Assembly (NCBI GenBank): GCA_030390025.1
Contig: JASTWF010000341.1
Span: 498,001-520,643 of the forward strand
DNA: 22,643 nt
DNA from: Squalus acanthias
Taxonomy: Eukaryota
Direction: 5' to 3'
Numbering within the stretch: position 1 is the first letter of the stretch; every line of letters begins with the position of its first letter. The notes below the pieces were generated by a model that was given only the letters and a program-made list of their open reading frames with translations, searched no databases and had not been told where the DNA came from. Both the position numbers and the translations under genes were made by a program. Of this stretch, positions 1 to 9,813 are shown in pieces.

Positions 1-1073
1 ACACCATCTGCTGCTTCTAAATCAGAAGAGATTGAGGGATGAGGGAGAAGAGGGTTGAGAGAAGGAGGATTAGGTATTCAGGTACCCTCATCATCGATCA
101 CTTCAGCCCCGCCAGTGACCACAGCCTCAGCGATGCCCCTTCCCATGATGACCAGCACTGTCTCCATGGGGTTAAAACATGCAGGTGCGCTTGTACTCCT
201 CCAGTTCTTTGCTGCTGCCTGCTGTTATGCGCCACCTTCTCCTGCAAGAAAGAGGGAAATGTGTTAGTGAGTGTCCTGAAATATGTTTTGGTGATGTGGC
301 TGTCATGGTTGAATAGCTGCCAGTGTGCAACCTGCGAGTTGTGGGTGCAAGGCTTGCAACAGTGCTAAGTGTATGAGGGTGAGGTAAAGTATATGAATTG
401 AAGGGTTGAGTATTGATTGATAGAGAATGTTGGTAGGTAGGTGCTGGGGGTGTCGTGAATTGAGCAGTGGATGAGGCTAGTGGTGCAGTTTCTAGGATAT
501 GCCATTTGAAGATGAACTCACTGACTTTGACAACTCATTTGAGATCATTAAACTTCTTCCTGCACTCCATCCATGTTCTTGGAGCAACGCTCCCGGCATT
601 GACCTCCGCCGCTACTTCTTCCCACTGCCTCCTAGGCATCTGTCTGGAGGGCCTCCTGCTCCCCTGCGGATACAGGACATCTCCTTCATTCCACCTCTTC
701 CACCAAGACCTCCAGTACAGTGTCTGAAAACCTTGGTACACGCTCTCTCACGTGTTCAACCATTGGTCGAAGTATCAGAGCACAGATTCAGTTTTCAAAT
801 GACTCCCACAACTTCTTGTAGCCACAACGCACCTCCCCTTTAAGAGGTGTAGGCTGCCTTTAACTAGCGCTAGCAACTTGTGATATCAGGCCCCCTGCTG
901 ATGCGTGCAGCCAATGAACAGCGCGGCGGGTAGCACTGGCTGCACGCAGCAATCATGTAAAGCAGCAGGCATCACGAATTTACCATGCTGCCTGCAACAC
1001 AATGAACGGGCGCGATTTAATTGCGTACCGCGAGCTCCACGCCCATTTTCGGGGATTAGCCAATTTGTCCCCC
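1..1073 (-). mobile_element. End of a Harbinger/PHIS-type DNA transposon; the other end lies outside the window
   Basis: Contains the Myb pseudogene and GC-rich subterminal hairpins (902-948, 965-995). The terminus reads GGGGGACAAATTGG on the minus strand (1073-1060), is followed by ATT, and then switches abruptly to AT-rich DNA. Confidence 0.7.
86..763 (-). pseudogene. Decayed Myb/SANT-like DNA-binding gene (Myb_DNA-bind_5 / MSANTD type) of a PIF/Harbinger-superfamily transposon; exons about 763-526 and 241-86, continuing off the left edge
   Basis: Minus strand from ATG at 763: MVEHVRERVPRFSDTVLEVLVEEVE*RR, a frameshift, then DVLYPQGSRRPSRQMPRRQWEEVAAEVNAGSVAPRTWMECRKKFNDLK*VVK|gtcagt. Acceptor ctctttcttgcag ends at 242. 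Exon 2 reads EKVAHNSRQQQRTGGVQAHLHVLT/METVLVIMGRGIAEAVVTGGAEVIDDE|gtacct. The RFS..LE.LVEEV, W..VA..VN, RTW..C.KKFNDL and K.AHN....TGG motifs are typical of this family. It has two stops and two frameshifts. Confidence 0.85.
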
Positions 1074-2033
1074 ATTAGATCTGTTCATTAAAAGTATGAT
1101 TCATTCCTTTTTCTTTCATAATTTGTGCACAATTTCTGGAGGTAGCTTTCTAAGTAAATGCACTCAGTTAAGTGCACCACAAGCAAAATATTTAAGATTC
1201 TTGTCATTCAGTTACTAGTCACTCTTCAGGTAGCAACTTGATAAATAAAATGGGATTGAGTGGCCAGGATTTACTCCTGCAGGTAATGACACCACTTTGG
1301 CTTGATGAAAGCACACTTCACCAAAACAATCTACTATTGGAAATGGCGTGTAGATTTTGCATTCAATATGGTGATCACGTTAGTATTATTTGAAATGCAG
1401 TCCTGAACAAGATTGAATCCTTGCGATTGCCCTATGACATTTTTTGTGAATTGTTTAGATTTCAATGTTCTTTTCTATATTTTATTTATGAAATGTTATC
1501 ACCTGACCAATGTTGACCAATTTTTTTTTGCACGGCTGGCTGTCAATCAATCAAGTCCACATACACAGTTACCGCTAGTGTTGCTTTTAGTTTTATAGTA
1601 ATGAGTGGTATCAATGTATGGTCTTGAAGATACGTCTTTCAAAATTTCAACCAGGAACAATACAGGGGGAAGACCGACCTATATTTAAAATACCAATCCT
1701 TCTCCTAGAATCAATTAATTTCTACTTCTGTTTTAGACTAAGTCAGAATTTTACTGCTATGCTGAGTTTGTAATCAGTAAATAATTCTGAAACTTAAATA
1801 CTTTTCTGTGACAGAAATGTTACTCTTTCTCACCTACAGGACATTTGTCATTTAACACAGTGGTGCATTTATAGAAGTTTCAGTGTAGAAAATGCAATGT
1901 ATTGCATCAACTAAATAATTAATCTAGTTCTATGTTACATTTCAAATTAGAATCCACTTTGGCTTTCCTTTTTCTAATAAAATCATGTTCTTCTAAAAAC
2001 AACTGTAATAAATAGTATGTTTTAAAAACACAG

Positions 2034-2166
2034 GATGTCACAGGCACAGAGTTGGAAAATGGGCAGGGTTCAGAAAGTGAAGAGGGGAGCTCAGCATTTT
2101 CAGCAGAAATGAGTTCAGCTATTTCAGGAGCAACTGGAAAACGAGATGAACCAGAACCTGGCCAAG
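2034..2166 (+). CDS. RPGRIP1L: Internal coding exon (133 nt, phase 0 to phase 1), acidic low-complexity linker of RPGRIP1L
   Basis: acacag|GAT...CAAG|gttagt. The only fully open frame is DVTGTELENGQGSESEEGSSAFSAEMSSAISGATGKRDEPEPGQ(G), and its end phase matches the start of the 4221 exon. The polypyrimidine tract is weak, so the 5' boundary is less certain. Confidence 0.7.
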
Positions 2167-3284
2167 GTTAGTACCTTAATTCATTAATCTTACTTACACA
2201 ATTCCACAAAATAGTCTCATGTTTGTGCACTGTAATGGAGCAGACATAAAGGAATTCCATTGCAGCCTATCTACTCCAAAACTTTGGGATCAGTGGATTG
2301 CTTATATTTGTTATGATTTATGTGGATTTGGACTACTAGCACCAACTAGAAGATGTGGGTTTAAAATCATCAATCCACAAGTAAGCCACAGATTAGTAAT
2401 AAATGAGATTTCCTCCACAGAGTGGTGGATATGTGGAACAGACTTCTAACAAAGGTAGTTTGTGCTGAGTTGTTTAACTCCTTCATAAAAGAGCTGGATA
2501 ACTAGAAAGAGCTTGCAACTTTACAGTTGGACCAGGATTAAAGTTTTTGGTAAAATAAGTATGGGATGAGATGCTCAAATATTTCAGGGGACACAATGGT
2601 TCTTGTGCCATTGGGCTGGGAGGACAGGTGTTGCTGATTATAATCTGGCCAAGGTTCAATAGTGCAGATAGATAGATAATCTGGAGATTTGTTACTTTTG
2701 CTTTAGTGATCATGTAGCATTTATGCAGAACTTTCCCCCGGGAGATTAAACTGGTGAAAAGGAGTGCATGATAAGAGAGAATCCACAGGGTCTCTGGAAG
2801 GAGCTGATTCATTGAGGTGAATAATCCATTTTGTCCCATTATTCCTTACCTTGTGAATATTCTTTATTACTGACTATTAAGGCCACATTATGTGAAGTAG
2901 AGCTGGTCTATGTTTGTGAAGAATGTGCATACAAATCTGCAACCAGTAAAATCATTAATAAAACAAAAAAAAATAAACATTAGACAACAGTGTAATATGG
3001 AAAGGTGAAAGCCAAGGATTTGCTCAAATATTTCCTCAGGTTGCAATAACTGATGGCAGAAAAAAACAGGAGTTCTGAGGGGAAAAGGCGAAAAATAACT
3101 TAATCTGTATGTGGGTAAATAAGGAAATAAGGTTTCTTTGCCCAAGGCAAACTTTGATATACTGTATTTGTTTATCTTATCCTTACGTAGCTGCAAAATA
3201 GCCTTGAAAAAATAATCATTTGATGTAACACTAGAGCATTTTGAACAAATAATTACTGCTTCCTTGTAGTATTACACCCTCCCT

Positions 3285-3494
3285 GGTCCTTTAAGGAAGG
3301 GAAACCTGCCGTTTTTACCCTATCTGTCCTAAAAGTGACTCCAGTCCCACACCAATGTGGTTGACTCTTAACTGCCCTCTAAAGTGGCCTAGCAAGCCAC
3401 TCAGTTGTATCAAACCTTGGGCAGCTAGGGATGGGCAATAAATGCTGCTCTTGCCTGTGATGCTCACATCTTGAGGATGACTAATAATAAAAAA
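3285..3494 (+). mobile_element. Short non-autonomous bipartite retroposon: 5' region joined to the 3' tail of the CR1/Jockey-group LINE family found elsewhere in the window
   Basis: 3288-3408 matches the reverse complement of 14793-14890 plus 15047-15070, which lies upstream of the LINE endonuclease. 3419-3494 (gggcagctagggatgggcaataaatgct...cacatc...aataaaaaa) matches the LINE tails at about 7646-7710 and 10960-11030. Confidence 0.75.
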
Positions 3495-4220
3495 TTCTGA
3501 TGTGTAAAATTTCAGATGCCTATATATATAGCACCTGGGTATTCATTCTGCCAGGTGCTGTGATCGATTGACTTTTTTTCAGTGGAGGGGCCATCATTGG
3601 GGCTGGAATAGGTGTTATAAAGTATTGGTATAAACCAAAGTGATTTTCTTTAGAACCCTTGAATTGACAAACTATTGCTCCAGAGATATACAGCATCACT
3701 TGTACTCTCCCAGAGTGGGGATTGTTATAAGTAGTACTGTATTCCTTTTCTAAATTATATAATGATTTCATTGTTTCATAGTCTAATTTGGCTCTCAAAA
3801 GTGAATAAAGTGATAACTTGGCTTACTGTGACTGTGCTTTAATGTATGTTTCACATGTATTGGTTAATGAGTTTTTGCCTCTGTACAATCAATTGTATTG
3901 TAAGTTTCTATGAAAGGTGTCTAATAAAGCTCTTAGACTTTTGAGACATTTTGTGGGCAGATATGTAGATCTAAAATGGTTTGTAAATCTAATGTGATTT
4001 ACTGAGATACTTACCTGCCATCCATGTAACTATTTTGTTTGTTCTTTAAATATACAGTCATAAAACAACAACCATTCTGTTAGACATAACTTTTTATGAA
4101 GCTATTTGACTGGTTAATCATATTTTTATCACAATATTGTGCAACCATCTGTTCCAACCATAAATCTCTGAAAGACCATCAGTGTAATTGTTTTTAGCGG
4201 TGAATTTCTTTCTTTCCTAG

Positions 4221-4300
4221 TTGTCGATGATGTTGAGGAATCAATAACGGACAGTGATGACTGTATTGTCCCAGGCCGGCTGTCAACACATATAAAGCAG
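4221..4300 (+). CDS. RPGRIP1L: Internal coding exon (80 nt, phase 1 to phase 0) of RPGRIP1L/fantom, just before the C-terminal RID/C2 domain
   Basis: Strong acceptor tttctttctttcctag| and donor CAG|gttagt. Encodes (V)VDDVEESITDSDDCIVPGRLSTHIKQ, which aligns to human RPGRIP1L [25 protein letters not shown] (recalled sequence). Confidence 0.85.
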
Positions 4301-4329
4301 GTTAGTCTATTTCTTTTAAGATCTGAAAT

Positions 4330-5560
4330 TTGACCCTGGGAGCTATATAAAACAATTTTAATGCAAGGCAATGTAAAGTTTAGGTGAGAGAAACGGAACT
4401 GATAATTTGACACCAAGTGACTGTCCCTTTTGAAATCTTTATTGCCGATCAAGGGAAACAGTGAGTGGGGAAAGAATAAAGTGGAATGACACAAAATGAC
4501 AGGTGGAAGGAGAAATAATGGCAACAAAATGCAATGCAAACAAAATCATCAAAGTTGATTCAATTGAAAGATGCAAAGGAAGTAGTTTCTTGTTTGAAAT
4601 GGTTGTGCACGCATTGTTGGCATCCTCCTTTATCTTAACATTCAGTGCCTGTTTTCAAAATAAAAGGAGAATTCTGCCTCCTCCTACAGTTGCTATGCAA
4701 TTCCAAAATGCACCATACACTTAGAATTGTAGTGACATTTCTGTGTTTAATAAATCTGAGTGCTAAATCAAGAGTTCGGATTAACAGTAACAGAATGATT
4801 GATGGCTGTCAGTTTCCAATCACAGCTGTCAACATAACAAAATCTGGTTCTTTATGGTTCAGATTCTGTTGTTGCTTGTGTAACCTGGGTTTGCTGCTGT
4901 GAAGATGTGCAGACTTATTTTGGATGAGTAACAAAGTTAATGGTTACATTTTTCAAAGAAAATGAGAATTAGAAGCTTTAAAAGCTTTTTATTTTGTAAA
5001 ATGAGCAACTTCCTACTAAATTTTCCTGTACTGAAAGTTGAGTTGATTATGTGTAAGATTCTCTCTACAGTCCTGCATTTGACAGTTAATGATGGTCTGT
5101 ACTAGCTGAAAGCTAAAAGGAACATTTTACTGTGGGAAGTGCTGCATTTCATAGCTGAATCGGAGAAGTATCATTGAAAAGGTCTTGCAGAAAATGACCT
5201 CTCGTGCTCTCTGTGTACATTAATGGCTTATTGAGCTATCAGTTACAGAACATATCTCAGTACCTAAGCTTGTTGTCTTTATTGAAAACAGCTGATTGAT
5301 TCATTTATCAAGGCTAAGTGCAGAAGGTCATTTAAACCATGCCTTTTCAATGATGTTCTATCCTCTTACATGGTCTTGCATTTCTAGCATTAAGTAATAT
5401 AACCAGCTACATTAGTCAATAACCATGCCTGATTGGCTTTCAATCCCCATCCAGTCCTTAAGTAAAGTACGTCTAACATCTCATTATGTGACCAGCTACA
5501 TTAAGCAATTGCCCATGGGTGATTGGCTGTCAGTCTACTTCTCTGTCTCCAGAGGGGTGT
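4330..5560. promoter_or_regulatory. Candidate intronic enhancer / conserved non-coding region with PBX-HOX and MEIS motifs
   Basis: No recognisable repeat. TGATTGATGG 4796-4805 is directly followed by CTGTCA 4806-4811, CCAAT 4816-4820 and CAGCTGTCA 4823-4831. Also TGACAG 5080-5085, CAGCTGATTGAT 5289-5300 and TGATTGGCTGTCA 5520-5532. Motif-based only. Confidence 0.4.
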
Positions 5561-6886
5561 AAAAATGCCACCACCAATTTCGAATAGTGGCACAGATGCC
5601 TTTTTAACTAGAGGAATCCATAGGATATTTAATTACAGGTTCAGTGCACTAAAATGTCTAAATTTATGGCATTTTGAAGTGAGGAATTACTGACTCCATA
5701 ACAAGGTAACAGTCTATGGTGTGTTCCAAACCTGCATTGCATATTGATTTGACTGGGAACCAGACATTTGCTCCCAATTTTAAAGTCTCAATCTAACCAT
5801 AACAAAATAGAAAATTACATATCTGTGATTTGTATTTTAGGAATGGTAATCCTTATTTATTTTGAATTTGAAATTAATTCAGCAAATTTACCAAAGAGAG
5901 CTGAAGTGGACACTAAAAATATAGTATTATAATAAAAAAGTAAATGCACCTTTAGTGGACTGGTTTGCAAACTCAGGAGGGTGGGAGACTGCAAGACGAA
6001 ATACTTTCAGATAGTAAGTGTAATTATAGGATTAAAAACCATGTTCTCCTGTTGACTGCAAGATAATGAAAAATATAAATTTCGAGGAATGCTTAAGGTG
6101 TAGAACCCAGCAGATCTTCTAATTACACAGTAACTCAGCAGATCTGCAATTACACGGTAATTTGCAATGCATACTGAATTGTATTTTAAATGCAAGTATG
6201 TTTTCATGTTAAGTGTTGTAATTAAAGTGGCGTGCCAATTATAGTATTATACCACCGGCATATCACACTTCAGAGCTATTTCTTAGATGTTTTGATCAAA
6301 AAAGAAATCCAACAGGTTTTCTAGACCATGCTTCACTATAGATGCTGTCTCTTTTTACTGCCTGTGATGTATAATTAAACACGGATTACTTCATTTCATT
6401 TACAACATTTATGAGCTGCACTTTGTCAGAATGAAATGCTTGTCCCCTCCTTTCCTCACCAAAGTGGCGTAATTAGTGTTAGCATCTTCCTTAACAGTCT
6501 ACATAAAGTTTAGTGCTTGTATTAAATCAAGTCATTAACATAATGTGCTGTACAATTTGCCCCTATCTCTTTTCGTTTCCACTACATCAAAGCTCTTTGG
6601 AGCAGCAGTGTAATTGGGCCGTGCCAGCTTGTCAAGTTCAGTCAAGCTGATGGCTGCTTCTCCTCTGAAAAGCTTCCAGGCATAATAATTAATGGAGAAG
6701 AAAGTCAAGAAAATGTAAAAAATTGGACTGTTATCTATGAATATTTAATGTATTTGAATAATCAGAAGTTAAGATTATCAATTTGATGTATAATACATTG
6801 ATTAAAAGCTGTGTGCAGGGCCCAGAAATAGATATAAAAACAGACATTCAAATTCTGTTGGCAGTACTTAAAAGCAGTCTAAACTT

Positions 6887-7710
6887 GCAGCAAGACCTGG
6901 ATGACGTTCAGGCTTGGGCTGATAAGTGGCAGGTAACATTCGTGCCACATAAGTGCCAGGCAATGACTATCTCCAACAAGCGAATGTCTAACCACCGCCC
7001 CTTGACATTGAATGGCATTACCATCGCCAAATCCCCCACCATCAATATCCTGGGGGCCACCATTGACCAGAAACTTAACTGGACCAGCCACATAAATACT
7101 GTGGCAACAAGAGCAGGTCAGAGGTTGGGTATTCTGTGGCGAGTATCTCACCTCCTGACTCCCCAAAGCCTTTCTACCATCTACAAGGCACAAGTAAGGA
7201 GTGTGATGGAATAATCTCCACTTGCCTGGATGAGTGCAGCTCCAACAACACTCAAGAAGCTCGACAGCATCCAGGACAAAGCAGCCCGCTTGATTGGCAC
7301 CCCATCCACCACCTTAAACATTCACTCCCTCCACCACTGGCGTACTGTGGCTGCAGTGTGTACCATCTACAAGATGCACTGCAGCAACTCGCCAAGGCTT
7401 CTTCGGCAGCACCTCCCAAACCCGCGACATCTTCCACCTAGAAGGACAAGGGCAGCAGGCGCTTGGGAACACCACCACCTCCAAATTCCCCTCCCAAGTT
7501 ACACACCATCCTGACTTGAAAGTATATCACCGTTCCTTCATTGTCGCTGGGTCAAGATCCTGGAACTCCCTCCCAAACAGCACTGTTGGGAGTACCTTCA
7601 CGGACTGCAGCGGTTCAAGAAGGCGGCTCACCACCACCTTCTCAAGGGCAACTAGGGATGGGCAATAAATTGCCAGCGACGCCCACATCCCATGAACAAA
7701 TTTAAAAAAA
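6887..7710 (+). mobile_element. 5'-truncated non-LTR retrotransposon (CR1/Jockey-group LINE): RT C-terminus, 3' UTR and A-tail
   Basis: QQDLDDVQAWADKWQVTFVPHKCQ...LGATIDQKLNWTSHINTVATRAGQRLGIL...IYKAQVRSVME*SPLAW...LDSIQDKAARLIG...SLHHWRTVAAVCTIYKMH, with an in-frame stop at 7212-7214. Probable TSD agtctaaactt (6876-6886) / agtctaaagtt (7711-7721). Confidence 0.92.
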
Positions 7711-8422
7711 AGTCTAAAGTTATGCCTGATCACCACATTTTCAAATTGAAGTAATGAACAATGTATTAATGATTTTGTAATGATTTAGTGAAAAAAAGAC
7801 ATTTATTGGGAACACCATCAGATTCCAAAATCATAAAATATGCATTTCTTTGAGAAAGCTAATAAATGTTATTCCTAATTCAACATTGTGTTAAATAATT
7901 TTGCTATTATCTAATCATAATACCTAGAATAATAATCCAACACATCTTTGAATTGTCCAGCTTTTGCCAGTTTTAAAGCTGGTTAAAACACAATCTTTAA
8001 TTCTTCCAAAATTAATTTTGGTTTTGTTGTGCACTCAGAGTAAAAAATGAAAGAGAGCCCTCTATTGTAAAAACATTGTCCCTTTCCTACTAATGAAGGT
8101 AAACTTGAAATTTAACCTAGGACTATGGCAGAGTCACTATTTTCAGTGGTGTTATTAGTAACAAGACTTGCAGTCTAACATTTTTATCTACTAATTTTCT
8201 TTTAACATTATTGCCAAAGATGTCAACTTGCTGTATTTGGTACAGAGACTCTGAATTCTTTAGTGAACTTGGGCTATCGGAATTTCTAATTTGAAATCTC
8301 TGGCATCATGAAGGAGGTTTGAAGCAGCAACTTGCCAGTTCTTGATCCAAACCTGCAGCCTCCTACAAGATCTTGAAGCATACCACCCAGTCTGCAGCCT
8401 CTCAAATGATCTTGATCTGACT

Positions 8423-8906
8423 TTGAATTCCCGCCTGACCCTAGTTACCCACTCAGGTCCCGATCATTTCTGATGAATTTGCAGGCAGATGAGGCACCTG
8501 CCTAAATCAGGGGGCACCCTCATAAATTGCTGCAAATCCGAGTCCTATTACGTCAATCAGACTCCGATGCAGTTTTATCTGGGGCCTGAGTGGGGAAGCC
8601 GCCGCAGCTTTCCTGCTAGGCAGAACCAAGTCTGCAACTGGTCTGTGGGCAGAAGAAGCCCTTAAGGTAAGTCAGGAATGTTTTAGCAGAAGTCAGCCTC
8701 CGGGCCCCAGAAGGAGAGTTGCGGCCTCCCCTGCCCCGGACTCCCTCGCTTTCCGCGAGGCCCTCCTGAAACTCCCACCCCGCCACTGATGGGAAGCTGG
8801 CAGACACCCAATCTTCGCCTGCCGGCTGCTGTTCTGCTCCCTCTTCACCGGTTCCAAGTGGGAAATGGACTGGTGGCATTTAAATAAGGCCCAGGCGGGA
8901 AATTAA
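8423..8906. mobile_element. GC-rich MITE-like non-autonomous DNA transposon remnant
   Basis: Inverted repeats ttgaattcccgcctgaccct (8423-8442) and aggcccaggcgggaaattaa (8887-8906) match at 16/20. It is a GC-rich island in AT-rich intron. True termini and TSD were not resolved. Confidence 0.5.
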
Positions 8907-9059
8907 CTTGTTGGAGCGGGTTTCTTGCCAGAAAACTGATCCAAGTTCAAGTCTGTTCCATAGTGTAAGGGAAATATGAAGCGAGGAGACGAATAATGAA
9001 GATTTAATGAATTAGCTTATAAGCTCAGCAGAATCATGTAGACAAGAGGAAAAATAAAT

Positions 9060-9305
9060 AAGCAGTCTCTTAGGGAGCTTTTTGGGAGCATTGCAGCTGA
9101 ACCCAGACCTGTCTTTATATAATGACTTCATATGTATATTCTTAGAAGAATCATTGGATAGCAATTAGGAGTTTTGATGTGAGGGGGCTTCCCTTCAGCT
9201 AGGGACCCTGAGGATATTTGTACTGCACAGGTCAAGGATAGAAACTGATACCTTCCTGGTCTTTGTGGCTTGGCACTGCACCACATAGTGCACTTACCCT
9301 TTGAC
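9060..9305 (-). repeat. Possible old, degenerate tRNA-derived SINE
   Basis: The minus strand of 9305-9220 reads ggtcaaagggtaagtgcact...gaccaggaaggtatcagtttctatccttgacctgtgc, resembling decayed A/B-box heads of old chondrichthyan SINEs. Recognition only. Confidence 0.3.
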
Positions 9306-9597
9306 CTTTAGGAAAGGCCTATGTAATCTCTTTAAAGTATGATGACAATGTGAGCATAATCATGTTTGAAATGTTGATTTACATGTGGAGAAAAATGGTT
9401 TAAAAATCTACTGCCAGGACTGTAACATTTCTGGATTTTTTTACCATTTTTCCATGGAAAGGATCTATTTTAAAACTTGCTATTAAGTTAAAGCTTGTTC
9501 TAAAGGAGTTACATTCACAGGAAAGCAGGGCTTGCATGTATGCATTGGTTTTCAGGTGGGGTGTCTGAACCAGCATCCTGGAGACAACGAAGATATT

Positions 9598-9813
9598 GGG
9601 CCTGAAATTACGGTGGTTTCGACAGCGTACGCACATTTGTCGGAAGCTTTCTGAAAGGCCCCGCAAGTTCCAGCTTGGCGCATGTGCGAAAACCTGGAAC
9701 TTGCGATCTGTCAAGTTTTGTTTCGACAGATCCTTCGCATCTGCTGCAAAAACACTTCACTGGCGCAGAGTTGGGCTATTTGCCCAACTACTGCCCACGA
9801 AACAGACTGCTTA
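9598..9813 (+). mobile_element. One end of a Harbinger/PHIS-like MITE (truncated)
   Basis: ATT|GGGCCTGAAATT start, CpG-rich. Adjacent hairpins cgcaagttccag/ctggaacttgcg (9662-9705) and gatctgtc/gacagatc (9705-9732). No matching right TIR was found. Confidence 0.55.

Noticed and set aside
39..843. Plus-strand ORFs 39-368, 55-267, 467-727 and 499-843
   Set aside because: These are antisense shadows of the minus-strand Myb pseudogene with no recognisable domain.
2035..2166. Alternative frame MSQAQSWK...QQK*VQLFQEQLENEMNQNLAK as a coiled-coil exon or a readthrough/Sec case
   Set aside because: It contains TGA and ends in phase 0, which does not fit the phase-1 start of the 4221 exon. The other frame is open and joins correctly.
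4645..4902. ORF after the acceptor-like cctcctcctacag as the next RPGRIP1L exon
   Set aside because: No similarity to the expected PSEKIRIEIIALSL... RID-domain exon. I found no such exon anywhere in the window by eye.
8318..8420. Short repeats (ctgcagcctc...gatcttga) as a CRISPR-like or regular array
   Set aside because: Only two imperfect copies with no constant repeat-spacer period, in a eukaryotic context.
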